A stretch of DNA of 64,000 nucleotides from NCBI GenBank assembly GCA_964035545.1, contig OZ037766.1:31114773-31178772 (forward strand), in the 5' to 3' direction. This DNA comes from Bugula neritina (taxonomy: Eukaryota > Animalia > Bryozoa). Under the pieces are notes generated by a model, which saw only the letters and a list, made by a program, of their open reading frames with translations, was not told the DNA's origin and did not search any database. Every line of letters starts with the position of its first letter. Position 1 is the first letter of the stretch. Positions 36,201 to 49,271 of this stretch are shown here, piece after piece. The position numbers and the translations under genes are program-made.

Positions 36201-39200
36201 CAAGCTGCAGCTGTATAATCAATGAGGAAAAGCTACCCAGGCTCAAACTTAATATAGCATTTATCATCCTTCTTCAATGAAACTACACTGGTGACAATCT
36301 TTCCGCGAAGCTGCAATGTCTAGACCTGCAGTACTAGAGTTGTCTACCTTTCTCTCCGTGTAGTTTCCTCTCGTGTCATCTTCACAACTCAGTCATGTTT
36401 TCTGTAGCAGCTGCTGGTAGAGCCAAGAATGCTGTGGTCGGCAAGGTTGAGCTCTTGCGTGGAAGAGATCTGAAAAGATACGTGAATCAGCTGAGGGTTG
36501 CTAAGAATAAGTGTGAGAAGAGGATTGCGAGTTTAGGTAGGTAATGCATTACATGAGAGCTTAGGTAGGTAAGTGAACCTAGGTAAGTAGGTGAACCTAG
36601 GTAGGTAGTGGATTACAGGTGAGATATCACTGTTGAATGCAACTAGCTGATGATTATTAACTGATGACTATTAGCTGATAACTACTAACTGATGACTACT
36701 AACTGATGACTACTAACTGATGACTACTAACGGGTAACTACTAACTGATGACTATTAGCTGGTAACTACTAACTGATGACTATTAGCTGATGACTACTAA
36801 CTGATGACTACTAGCTGGTGACAACTAGTTAATGGCGTAGAAGTTTGGAGTTTTAAAAGAGAAATTCCCAACTGGTATAGTATAAATTTCACCAGTGCTG
36901 TTTGCTATACCATATACTGCTTGTACCCACATGAATGTTGCTGTGTGTAGGGGGAGATGAATACAAGGAGTATGATACTGATGACCTCTCAGCCAATCAG
37001 CATAGAGGAGGCAAGATCATCTCATTTAGACTAACCATGCATGACTTAGCCTGTAGAGGGTGTTTCCATGCCTACCTCAAGGCAGGTTAGAAATATATCA
37101 ACTATCTGATCACCTAACTTTTGGTTTAGTTTATTCCTAACTATATTAGTGTGTAGAGTCAGTGTTTTCTCTCTACATGACCCTCTAATCTAGTAGAGTA
37201 CGCTGTGCTGTGCTCTTATGTATTATAACAATTGTTGATTAGCTCAACCTTCTGTGTACTGGAAGGACTGAGCATGTCTAAAGTTTCTCAAAGTGTCTCA
37301 CAATAATTTTAATTGTTCACCCAATCTGGATAGTCTATAATTTCAGCCATAGTTGTCTCCCTGTTCTGTGCACTTGAAGCTATATTTCTGCTGTATACAC
37401 ACACTTGACTATGCGCTGTGTTTAACTCACCTGCTGACTCTAGTCACTCAATACTTGACAGGTGACAGCGAGAGTTTACTGGAGTACTGGGTGGCAGCGG
37501 CAACACTCAAGTCATGTGACCCTTCAGATCGTCACCGATTGGCTGCGGAGATATTCTACAAGTATGTGGACAGCAGCGTGTCTTTGGTTAGACTTGAGAA
37601 AAGCATCATCAAAGGGATGGAGGGATTCCTTATAGGTGAGTGGCTCTCTTTAGTCCTTTACCTTTTGCAATAATAATACTTTGAAACATGCATATGCTAT
37701 AGCTACCTTTTAAAGGGCTATAACTGCCTTCTAAAGTGCTATAGCCATGTTCTAGAGTGATATAGCCGTGTTCTAAAGTACTATAGCCGTGTTATAAAGT
37801 GATATAGCCGTGTTCTGAAGTACCATTATCTCCTGGTAGGTAACAGAGGACCCGAGGCGTTCTATGACGCACAGGAAGTAGTTTACCATCAACTAGAAGA
37901 AAAACATTACCCACAGTTCATAGTCAGCCAGATCTACCATAACTTTATAATCAGTTGGGACGGGAGCGAGAGTATGGCATCGGGAGAAACCGGCTCATCC
38001 GGCTCTATGGACGGTGGGAACTCTTTCTACATGGAAATTATCTCCCTTGTATTATATTATTACAGCTATAAACTATACAACTTATCACTACCCCTTTATA
38101 TAGAAAGTACTATAAAGTTTTCTCTCTAATTACGGAGTGGATCTCAAGTAAAATTATATTCCGCTTGTAACATTCATTTCTCTAAATGTCGCTCTATACC
38201 TCTTCTGTTTACTGATGCACCAATCAAGTGAGCTGTGACAAGATAATGCACCAATCATGGTCTCTGTTACATTGCAGATGAGGAATATCAGGAAGTGGAG
38301 GATAGTGAAATAGACTACCAGCAGACGACCTCTGAGTACAATAAGAAGAAGCTGGCGGAGATTGACGAGAAGATATTCAACAAGACGCAGGCTCACCAAG
38401 TCATCACCACCCAGGTGTCAGAGACAGCCACTAACAACCGCCACACACTGCTCGCTGACTTGGAGAGGCAGCTGGAGAACCTGAAGCTGGAGAGGCGGAG
38501 TCTGGAGGCCCACCAGGAGCAGGTGGACTCGTGGTGGACCCACGCCGGCCAGTGGAGGGCCACAGTCGTTCAGCATGAGGTGTTCTGTTAGACATTCTAG
38601 AATGTTCTAAAACAGTTGTGTTGTCATTTGTTCATCTGGCCTTTTCTCCAGCTGGCTACTTTTGGTTTTCTCAGAAAGCTTTTAGTCGATCTTGTGTATA
38701 AACTTTGTAAAAGTGTTGTATTGGGTAATTTAGAAAAACAAAAATATTCACAAAAGTTATCTTTTAATCTTACATAACACATTTACGGAATACCTTTGCT
38801 CCCACGCTAGTTTACGTTCCTGTTAGAATATACCATAATCCCATGCTATTACTTGACTTACAGGTATTTAATTGTAGAATATTAGAACTTATGATGAGAC
38901 AACTCTTACAATTATGAATTTTCAAGTAACTACTGGTCCTTCAGCTGTAGAAATAGTATGAGTGGAAGTTGTGTAATAATCTAATACTTGTGCTGCAGGT
39001 TGTGAAGGAGACAGATGGCTGGGCTGTGTACTATCTCATACTAATAAGACTACAGGATACGCAGTACGCTTCTCCAACCCATACTAATGGTTGGGTGGTG
39101 TCCAGGACCCTCCAGCAAATCAAGGAGCTTCACTCAGATCTCTGCCAGGTCAGTATCATGTGTGCAGCTGTGGACTAAATTCTCCACAAAATAACAATTG

Positions 39201-42160
39201 TTTTAACTCGCTCTACTTTACTGGTTCTTGTATCACGTGTTGAAGTTTGCTGGTAGATTGTATCACGTGTTGGTGTACACTGGTAGATTGTATCACGTGT
39301 TGACGTACGCTGGTAGATTGTATCATGTGTTGACGTACGCTGTTAGATTGATGGTGACCTTGAGCAGTTGTCCCTCCCTTCAAAAGTTAGACTTGGAAAA
39401 CCCAGTGAGGACTACATTAAGAAAGCTAAATTACTCATCTCCAACTTCCTAGATGTACGTAGTGTTTGTCTGGCAACAATTACTGTCATTCATCTCATCA
39501 TTAAGGCCATCCATTTAATTATGAGTGTTAAAAATGTTCATCAGTTGTTCAAAACTTACATTTGAAGTAGGCCTACTGATATTAAACTGACACTGTATAA
39601 TATATTTGCATTCATCTTTATATTCAAGCCTTTATTTGTGACGTTTTCTAAACTCGTAAATTTCCAGTGGGTGATTGCTGACCGAACTCTCTCCCAGTCT
39701 TCTGAACTTTTCAACTTTGTCAGCACCCACCCTCACCTCATCAAGGACAGCGTTCGCAAGTCGGCGAAATTCAAGGTCTCTCGAATATTTTCACGAAGTC
39801 GACACGCTTCTGACGGCAGTCGCTCAGCAGATTTACTTCTCTACTCTCAAAACGGGTGAGTCGTGGAAATGTTTCTTCGGTCTTAGAAAGATTCACAGGA
39901 AAAACCACTTCTTGAATCGTCAAGAAATAGTTCTACGGTTTACTTTCAATGTTTAGAATGCAAGTTACATTTGTTAAAAAGACTTGCCATCAATGATGAG
40001 CAACTTGTGTTCATTGCTAAGTCAGCGATTATTGTATATTCTTCTTGAAAATCATTTATAAGAGAGTTTTAAAATTAAGGCTTTGATGAAGACTTTTGTA
40101 GTAAAAACTATGAATTCTGGAAATTTTTTTATAAAATACCATCAGTTTCATTATATAATTGTTTTTATAATTTTATTGCCCCACTCCTACTTGAGAGACT
40201 ATTCCGCTAGTCTCGCTGACTTCTGCTTGTTATACTGTAGAGATAAAGAAGAGTTACGTAGCAAAGACTCCATAGCTGGTCCTCTATACTCTTTGCTCTC
40301 AGAGGTGTTTGAGTTGAAGGGAGCTTTTAGTGTGCTGCGTAAGACGTTGATGCAGCTGGTGCAAGTGACGTATGGCAAGAGCATCAACAGGTACTGGATG
40401 TAGTAAAATACTGTTGTTACTAGGTATTTGACGTAGTAAAATACAGTTGCTACCGGGTACTTGATGTGGTAAAATACACATACATATAATGTACGTGTAT
40501 AGTGTATGATGTGTTATGTTCAGACAGATACGAGAAACCGTGGGATGGATTGTATCGGAGCCAATGCTAGTCTTTTATCTCAAGTTTCTTAGAGATTTCT
40601 TCTGGCCTGGGGGGACTCTTGCAGAGCCCACCCCTCCCTTTGACGAGGAGCGCAGTAAGAACACTCGGGTCAAGGCCAAGTCTGCACTGATTCGCAACAT
40701 TCCCGGTAAATATTTCTCCTACTCTTTATTCGCACTGTTTAGTAGTTATCAGCTCGGGTTGAGGTTTTCCCTTATTTGTAGGACAGTTTGTAGCCGCAGA
40801 GTAACCCATTAGTTTTAGGATTCGTTTCTCCTGTAATAATATTTTCCTTCATTATTATTTTCCTGTCTTAAAATGAGTGGAGTTACATGGCAATCTAATT
40901 TCTAGTGAGTTGTAAGATTTGCGGCATATCAGTACAATGTAGTAGAAGAACTTTTCCACCAAATACCACGTTTAAGAGAACTGAGGCTATGTAATAGATA
41001 TTAACTGCTATTTTTAGAAGACAATCATACAACAGATTGGCTCTGTTTCAGTGTAATTTTATTGCAGAGTTTGTGATTCGGATTTTTGGAGAGAAATATG
41101 CCAAAAAAGGGTTTGCAAAGGTGTTGGACACGTTTCAAGATCAGCAGCTGAATAAACATTTCTTCTACGTAAGTTTATTTTGTGTTTACTTAGCCCAAGT
41201 TCCCAGCTTGTTTTAGGGTGCCACATGGCTTCTCCACACTTTGTGATTGCCATTACCTTATACCTGGTTATGTTGTGCCAACAGATATTAGCTGTTTTAC
41301 TGGTTGACTATAGTTGTTTAAACAACTTTAGACTTTACAAAGCCGTGTACAAGTGTGGATAACTGCATATAATAGCAGAGGCTTTGAAATTTTGAGAAGA
41401 GGGTCATTGGGTTAGATTTGCTCTCTTCATATCAGTTTGAATATTTCTTTGATTACTATCCCGATGAGTGTCTGTGGCTGAATTGTGTCTACTAGTTTGT
41501 ATAATACTGCCCCTTGTCAGTGGCAGCGTAGGAAAGGCAGCATATTTAAACTGTGTAACCTGTGCTCATGACAGTTACATCCTATTTAGCTTGCTGGATA
41601 ATTTTATATAAAGAATTATGTAAAATGTATAATATCAGTTTTTAACAAGTGAAGTTTATTAATTATTTACATCTTTTCTGTTCTAACAAATTCAGTTAAT
41701 ACACTATTTGATGAATATTTTATGCTTAGCCTCGTAAAAATTAATGAAGTTAGTTTACTTAGTTATTACACTATTTCATACTCAATATGTGTACTTATAG
41801 TAAGTCACACTGAGTGAGTCATTACACTGTTTCATGTGTACTGATAGTTAGTCACACTGAATGAGATACTCAAATCATATTACTGTGTCTCTACCTGACC
41901 TTTCTTGACATTCAAGTGACCTTCTGGGGAGTAAGGTCTTTGCTCCCCTGGTACTATATAATTAGATATGTTAGATATGTCCAGGGTAAAGATTAAGTCT
42001 TCATTTCATAATTCATCAAGCATTTCAGACTTGATGTATGTTTAATTTACTCTCTGGAGATGTACTGATTATTTTAAATATACTAGTAACTGTAGTTCAT
42101 GCAGTAAACAGTATCTATAATAAACATATAACACATTATACATATAACACATATACATAT

Positions 42161-42229
<69 letters not shown>

Positions 42230-42568
42230 TATATATTACATATTATATATATGCTATTATATATGCCGTTGTACTGTGTTGAGGTATTTTAGTAGGTTTG
42301 GGCATGTTTCAAAGACGCTAACAATGTTTTCTATTTTTAGGTACTTCTATCCCGATACACGGATCAGCTGTTTCCGGAAGTACTGGCAGCCAAGTCCGCT
42401 TTACCCAATAGAACTCCGAGTGTGGACTCGAACCCCTCGCACCTGAACCCCTCATACTCACTATTGAAAGATATAACTTTGTTAGCTGAAGAGGCTTGTG
42501 AAAGTTATGATGTAAACTTCATCTCAACCAATCAGGATAGCTCAGCCACTCAACAGACTCTAGCTTGA
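33290..42568 (+). CDS. SNX25: Sorting nexin-25 (TM-TM-PXA-RGS-PX-PXC), multi-exon
   Basis: Two N-terminal hydrophobic segments (33290-33357, 33788-33935). PXA ELIIRDFVESWY, then YAASYEEFV, LKRYVNQLRVAKNKCEKRI, RGS LLEYWVAA, PX GWVVSR. PXC KDSIAGPLYSLLSEVFELKGAFSVLRKTLMQLVQVTYGKSINRQIRETVGWIVSEPMLVFYLKFLRDFFWPGG and QDQQLNKHFFY. Last exon 42341-42568 contains QLFPE. Confidence 0.92.
34086..34398. mobile_element. MITE-like element (~313 bp) with ~57-bp terminal inverted repeats in SNX25 intron
   Basis: CTGTAACTGCCCTCCTAGACTGACATGAAGGTT... at 34086, with its reverse complement ending at 34398. A third partial arm lies at 34274-34303. CAA flanks both ends. Confidence 0.85.
39228..39350. repeat. 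30-bp intronic tandem repeat ending in SNX25 acceptor site
   Basis: TATCA[C/T]GTGT at 39231, 39261, 39291 and 39321. Each unit contains TAG|ATTG. Confidence 0.9.
42164..42232. repeat. (TA)n microsatellite
   Basis: Direct observation. A second (TA)n tract lies at 52077-52111. Confidence 0.95.
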
Positions 42569-42828
42569 CGAACTAACCAAATTGGTTTTATTTATTCAAA
42601 CGCTGTGTTTTTACGGCTTTTTTACACAAAATTTTATGAACTAAATTGTTATATATATTTTTTGTTGATTGTTTTAAATTTTATTTTGAAAATATATAAT
42701 TGATGAAGAGCTTCAATATTGATATTTATTATTGTAGTAGTAAAAAAAATATATAAATGCCACCCTATATACCACAACTTGAATTTATGTTCTACGAATA
42801 GTTTTAACATGATGTCATAAAATTAGTT

Positions 42829-43764
42829 TTACTTTAGCGCAAGTTGCATAATAACAGTAAGAAAAACTCCGGTCACTAAGTTTTCAACAGAAGCCTGGTA
42901 CATAAGTGTCATTGCTAAGCAATATAGCGAAACGGCAAGAACCGTCCCACTAGTTTCTCTGCTGAATTCTAGACCGCTAGGATCCACGGCTATTGCATGA
43001 GAAGTCCCGCGATAATAGGCTATGAAATCCTGCAGGTACACACATAGGTACATGTGTAAATGATGCAGGCAGAAAGCAAAGCTTAGGACACCAAGGGTCA
43101 TCGGAAAATATAAATTTATAAATTTGAAACTATCAATAGCTCTATACTGGTTAGGATAGTAGTTATTCACCAACAGTTCTGTCCATTGCAACATAAAATA
43201 AAGCAATAACAAGAAGTAAATTCCAAATTTCAACAGTTTGTTCACGGTAACATGTGATGAAGGATCCTCCTTCACCACACGGAAAGCAGATCCTGCTACA
43301 TGGAGTGTTAAATAGGTGCTTCGAATCAGCAAGAATCCACTAGTAACAGCTGAATGTCCTTGAATCAATATGCTGCCATTGTTTAAACATGAAGTAGTAG
43401 CCGTGTGCTTGGCAGAATCTGAAGTATTGCTAACATTGAATGAAAGGATTAGCACATTTAGTAGTAATAAATAGTAATCTAGAAAGGAACTTTTGCTCAA
43501 GTCTACAAAAACAACCAGTGCTAATAATATAGCTATTTCAATTTCTAGACTCAAACTTATTTCAAAGTAAAAGCTCTGAGTATATATTTTAGTAAGAGTT
43601 GCAAATAGTATTATGCCAGACAAGTGGGAACAAAAGTCTGAGCTACCAATTCTCTTTGAAGTTGTCTCTTCTGTTTCACAAGTTTTATCTGTTAAACCAG
43701 CTTCTTCGTCGTAGCTACTACTGTTGGTGGCTTCCCTAAGCAACTTGATTTCTGATTGGCTCAT
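42829..43764 (-). CDS. Uncharacterised multi-pass membrane protein, 311 aa, single coding exon
   Basis: 936-bp ORF in AT-rich DNA with an in-frame upstream stop and an acceptor-like TTTAG at ~43860. Acidic hydrophilic N-terminus, then roughly 6-8 hydrophobic stretches. Confidence 0.7.
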   Translation of the reverse strand: MSQSEIKLLREATNSSSYDEEAGLTDKTCETEETTSKRIGSSDFCSHLSGIILFATLTKIYTQSFYFEISLSLEIEIAILLALVVFVDLSKSSFLDYYLLLLNVLILSFNVSNTSDSAKHTATTSCLNNGSILIQGHSAVTSGFLLIRSTYLTLHVAGSAFRVVKEDPSSHVTVNKLLKFGIYFLLLLYFMLQWTELLVNNYYPNQYRAIDSFKFINLYFPMTLGVLSFAFCLHHLHMYLCVYLQDFIAYYRGTSHAIAVDPSGLEFSRETSGTVLAVSLYCLAMTLMYQASVENLVTGVFLTVIMQLALK

Positions 43765-46700
43765 CTTTCCTATCCAGAAGTTTCATTGGTCTAATGTGTT
43801 GCTCAGAGTGTTGATGTTATCTGCCAAGGTGTGGATGAGCCAATACTTATTCCAGAGTTCTAAACTAAACAATAACAAGTTTATGATAGTTCAATAATAT
43901 AAATCAAATCAATAAAATTATTCTGTTTACTAATTTAAATGAAATTTTGATCTTAAGAATTTGTAATCTGCCAAATTGTGCATAGCTTATAATATATATT
44001 AGTCAAAATTTTGAATTTCTTCTGCCTTGTGTCATATAGATATTTATCTTAAGTGATTATATTTAGTTTAGCATTTATTATTGGGATTCTTTCCTTCTAT
44101 TTCTGAAACAAGTTATTTTTATACAATAATGAGTTTAATAGAAATCAGTTACAGTTTGAACCGGCTATGATGTTTTGAATATAATTAGAATATTAGAGTA
44201 GCATAATTGTTGGTTACTGCAGCCTGCAGCAAGAAAGTTTCCCTGAATTGCTACTAATATTAAGCATATACATGGCTACAAGCATACATGTAATGCTAGG
44301 GTGTATTTGATCTGATTATGTCAATTAATACTAATTTGAGAATAGTAGGCAGCAATGGCTAATTATAATTAAAACAAATTTGCTTAACTTCTGCATTGTT
44401 TGTGTACAAAAGTCTGGCAAATTTACTTAGCAATATATGTAGGTATATTGTTAGTATAACCGGTGACCCATTTGTTCAAAATTCTCAACCAAAACAAAAC
44501 TCATGGATATAATTTGGAAACTCGAAGTTTCTATAACTGCACAGAAATCAAATACATTGGAGTTGGCACTCTCTTCATCTTCTTGGTGTTAGGGTCCTTC
44601 ACAGGTGCCTGGAGCTTGGCATTTGCCTGCTATTGGCTGGAATATTCAGTTTTACAATGGGAAGCATGCATAATTACCTGGACATTAACCCAAATTATGT
44701 TAATTTCCTTAATAAACTGTCCTTTAGTGTCAGTGTCTTGACAAATTTCTTGCCTTAACATTATTTTAGATGACCCCCCCCCCCTTGAAGGTCAAGTTAA
44801 AATAGAGTTTAAACAATTTAAGCTGTGAATAAACAATAAAATAGAGCAAATTCAATTTTTCGACATTTAATATTTCAGAAAATAACAAGCTTGACTTAAT
44901 TGGTATTTGTAGCAGCTAGGGCAGCTTTATCTCTTTTTAATTACCAGCATGTAGACCTACAATCTTTAATATTTGAACAATTGGCAATTAAGCTGGGTGT
45001 TATAAAGCAGATAAGTAAACAGATGAAAGAAGTTATGCGTTGAAAAATTGACATAACTTACAGTCAAATAAATCTCAAATCGTAAACCACCTGAGCTAAA
45101 ATCTCCCGTAACCACAATAAGTGTAATTAGAATTATTTCTCTGATGTCCAGGATCACTGAGAAAGACACAAAGGTCAGCATGAAAATAGATTTAGGTGAA
45201 TAAATAATATATTCCAGCAGATAGTTATACTACATGATTTAGTGTGGTTGGTCAACTCAGAGCTTACTAGAAGCTGGTATATCATCAGTAGATACAAACA
45301 GGTCAAATTAAAAAGAAATTTTGTTGCTTTAATTGCTTTTAATTATCTTCTATTATAAATAAACTATTGAATTATAATCATAATGATCAAATAAAGTAAA
45401 ATAAATTACCTTTAGTCACAATGCACTACCTAATAAATTGACTGTGTAAATGACATTGAAGAATTCTCATTAAAGCATTGATAACATTAATGCAAATTAT
45501 TGTGATCTCAGCAGTATAGGACTTTAATTTAGTTTCTCTAACCTCAAGGCTTTCAAGTAAACTTATTTAGTTGCTAATCTTTAGAGTAAATAGAATTAAT
45601 GATTCATTAAACTAATAAGTAATAAATTAAGGCCTCAGAAGATAAAGTCTAAAAGTCTTTATATATGTAAGCTAATGACTGTGTATAAAAACATTTGCTG
45701 ATAGTTTTTCAACTTTTTTTAGCTTCTTTGCTTCTCAACAGTTTACACTAAACATTAATAATCTTAACTAAGCAACCAAATATCACTATGCATGTTTATT
45801 CTTACTTGTGAAACAGTATTGTAACCATTTACCAGTAGAACTTGATGCCTGACAGAACCGGCGTACTAAATCCCACTCCAGTGAGGAAGAGAGCTGAGCT
45901 GAAACTGAGTATGGCAGTTTCAGTGCTCCTGATTTAGCTGTGTGTAGCTACCAGCATTTCATTTAATTCCTGCCATGAATATAGTATACTGGTGCAGAGC
46001 AGTGTAACTACGTAGTAACTAAGCACAGTAAGCTTTTAACTAGAGAGTTTATCATGCCTTATAGTCTAACTGATAAGGCCAATATATTTTGATAAAGTTT
46101 AAGTACCCACTTTAATACCTGTATGAATATATATGAATAGATTCTTTTGTCGTATTGTCTCCGCTACAAAGGTTTTGTTGGCTTGAAGCTTTCTTTTTAA
46201 ACTGAGCTATTGTAAACCAATTTATATGAAGTGGTAGCCATACAAGAGCGTTGAACAAATTCAATGTTATCAATGTGCTTTGCGGATTAGTATCAGACTG
46301 GGTTATACTAATAGAAATGTAGAAAGCAGATTGATGTAGGTGATAAGAATAAATGCAGTATATAAAGTTGCAATGTATTAAAATGCAATATATTATAACT
46401 TATATAGAAAAAAGGCATTGCATTTCAAAATATCCTGTAAAGTTATAACAAATTCATAGTTTCGTAGTTTTTCCTAAATAAATGAAATAATAAATTCACT
46501 ATAATAAGCAACGATTGTTATAAAGGTAAGCAATCTGAAATTTTTAAATAGAAAGTACTGCAATCACCTTGAGCAAATAATTAACAGGCTAGTATTAGCT
46601 GCATGTATTTATTTGTATTCAAAATAATAAGCCATGATTGTTTTTATATGTGTTTGTCAATCTCATTGTTGCAGGTCTATAATTTTAACATTTAATCATG

Positions 46701-49271
46701 AGCTGAATAATCGCATCTAGTATTGTCCAATGAGCTGGTAGGTAGCCTATTATAAAAACATCCAAAGAGCTGGTAGGTAGCATATAGTAGTACTGTCCAA
46801 TGAGCTGGTAGGTAGCATATAGCAACAGGTAGTATAGAATAGCTGAGCAGTTGAGACATGACTTGAGTTTCTAGAACCTGGTTCAGTTGTTGTCACGTGA
46901 CACCAAATCTGCCAGGAACTGTGACAGCACAAGATGCTGACCTGCTTAGAATACCATGCAGGGACATTTTACATGCATAAGTGACAGCCTTTGCAGACCT
47001 GCATACAGTTGAACTGAGCCCATTTGTAATCTGAGTTGCAAAAACTGCGCTGATTTCTCCACCAATAGTATTGAGGAAGGAGTGGCGAGAGAAGGGGCCT
47101 GGCTTCAAAACATTTTATATAATATATATTAATTGGTGAAACTGTTTTCGAGTAGCATATAACATACTGTTTATAAAGTTACATTGAAATAAAACCAGCA
47201 ATTCAAATTTTACTATCATTTCTATCTCAGTATACTTTGAAGGAAACATTGAATTCGATTAATCATAATTATAGCATTAGAAGACGCAATTTGATATGTT
47301 TTTGTACTCAAACAAAAGTTGTGAATTTTATTTAACATAATGAAATACAACGAAACTTTTCAGCTAATGTATTTTTAATAAGATTGTTCAATCCAGTTTA
47401 GATGTAATAATGAATAATTGCTAATGTAAAGGCAAAAAAAGCTACATAATATATTTCTCTGATAGTCTAGACTCTATAATAGGGTGTGATTTATGTATTC
47501 CAATTTACCAAACTTACCAAGTATAGCAGCCAAATATAAAAATTCTTCAGCTGATTTCATTATGGAGTCTGTCTAGAAAAACAAAACATGAAAATTCACT
47601 CTTTTCTACTCCTTACTCAATTTTCTTAAAAGTTTCTACAATAGAATGGCAAAAAAGATGTCATAATTTTAAACAGCATCAATTGCAAGGTACGCTTGTC
47701 CTAAAACACTTATGTGTTGTAAAGTAACTTTACAAGACATAAGATTATAATATAGTAAATAACTTCACCTAGATATAACAAATAGCATCTATACACAGCT
47801 ATATATAATATAAGCGTGCTTTTTAAAAACTTTTTATTGTAATCGAAAAAGAATAATATGCTCATTTCTAGGTAATTTCTTTCTAAGTTAAAGCTATAAT
47901 ATTATTTAGCAATTTAATTAGATCACTTGTGTATTACATATTTGAACGATTCTTAATAGAATTTGCATTCTTGATCTAACAGATTCATCAAAAGAACTCA
48001 TAATAGGTAATAAAAGAAACTGAGCTTTATGTAGGCCTATGTATATGCTTTTAAATTGCAACGCAGTGCGCAAATTGATAAAACATTTGAAAAGGTAAAT
48101 TTGTCTTATAATGTGATTATAATAAATAAAAGAGAATAATATTATTTCCAAAATATGATGATCTAACATCAAATTTGAGTCGCATGCTGTAAAATACTGA
48201 ATCAACTTGATATCAAATTTAAGAAGACATAAGCAAGTTATAAAAGAGCTAAAAAAACTCTTACAGTATAATATACTAAATCTGTGTGACACTTACTTGA
48301 ATTATAAAGATGCTTTTACAAACTTTGTTCAAATTATTATGTTATTAAAAATAGGATATTGTTTTTAAATATGCAATTTCTTATCATAAACAACTAAAGT
48401 CTAGTGCATGAATGGTTGATTCCATATAGGTCAAGGGAAATCCACTATTCATGGAAATTCCTGATTTAGAAACTTCTCATGCTTGCTTTAATTATAGCTA
48501 GGCTTTTAGTAGAATCAACCTATGAAATTCTTAGGCATTGTTTTATATTGTAAAGACGAAATGGTTGTGTGTTTATCATCATTTAACTGTGGGCATGTGA
48601 TAGCATTAGTAATCCCATCATTTCTCAAAAAATCTTTGAGCACACAGATATAAGCTGTTACTACATCTAGGATGACCTCACTGTATATCATCTCAACTTA
48701 CTTATGTTCAATTGTTGTTAGTGAATTGAACAATAACAATCCATAGATTGTGTATGAAGTTTTGTTGACAATGTTAAGCAGAAGCGGTTAATTATATGTG
48801 AAAATCACAACACACATGTGTTGAAATATAGTAAATGTAAATATAATTTTTGAAGTAGTTCTAAAGTTGACGGGATGTAAAGATGTCATTACTATGCATA
48901 AATTATAGAAAGAGTTTACTGTTATTATTATATTAAGCTGATTGTAAAAGTCAGAAAATATGACATTTAGATTATTATATAAACAATAGCTGAAAATCAT
49001 GCTGGTTAATCATTTATTTAAATCTTTTCGACATTAAAATGAAATATATACAGCTTTAATTTTCCCAAAAATTATATATACACTCAACACACATTGTGCC
49101 CTATATAGTTACAAATAAAAGACAATTTATTTTTTAAATCCATTACCTTTTTTCAAGAAGAATTTACTATAAAACTGTTGCCAGTTTTTACTTTGAGTTT
49201 GGTTAAAAATCTTTTATTACTTCAAATTAGTTAAAAACAGCAGAAATATTTCAAAGGACTATAGTTTAGTA

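Noticed and set aside
38590-38612. HSE-like aTTCtaGAAtgTTCt in an SNX25 intron
   Set aside because: Isolated, with no promoter context. It shows that three-unit HSE matches can arise by chance here, a caveat for the LTR finding.
41285-41362. Alternative last exon of SNX25 (ILAVLLVDY...CG*)
   Set aside because: It is in phase after a CAG but lacks the LFPE motif found in the 42341 exon and has a weak polypyrimidine tract. Unsupported without RNA data.
44463-49000. Short ORFs between the membrane-protein gene and the sulfatase
   Set aside because: AT-rich, no motifs, and no consistent exon chain could be built. Some may be UTR exons.
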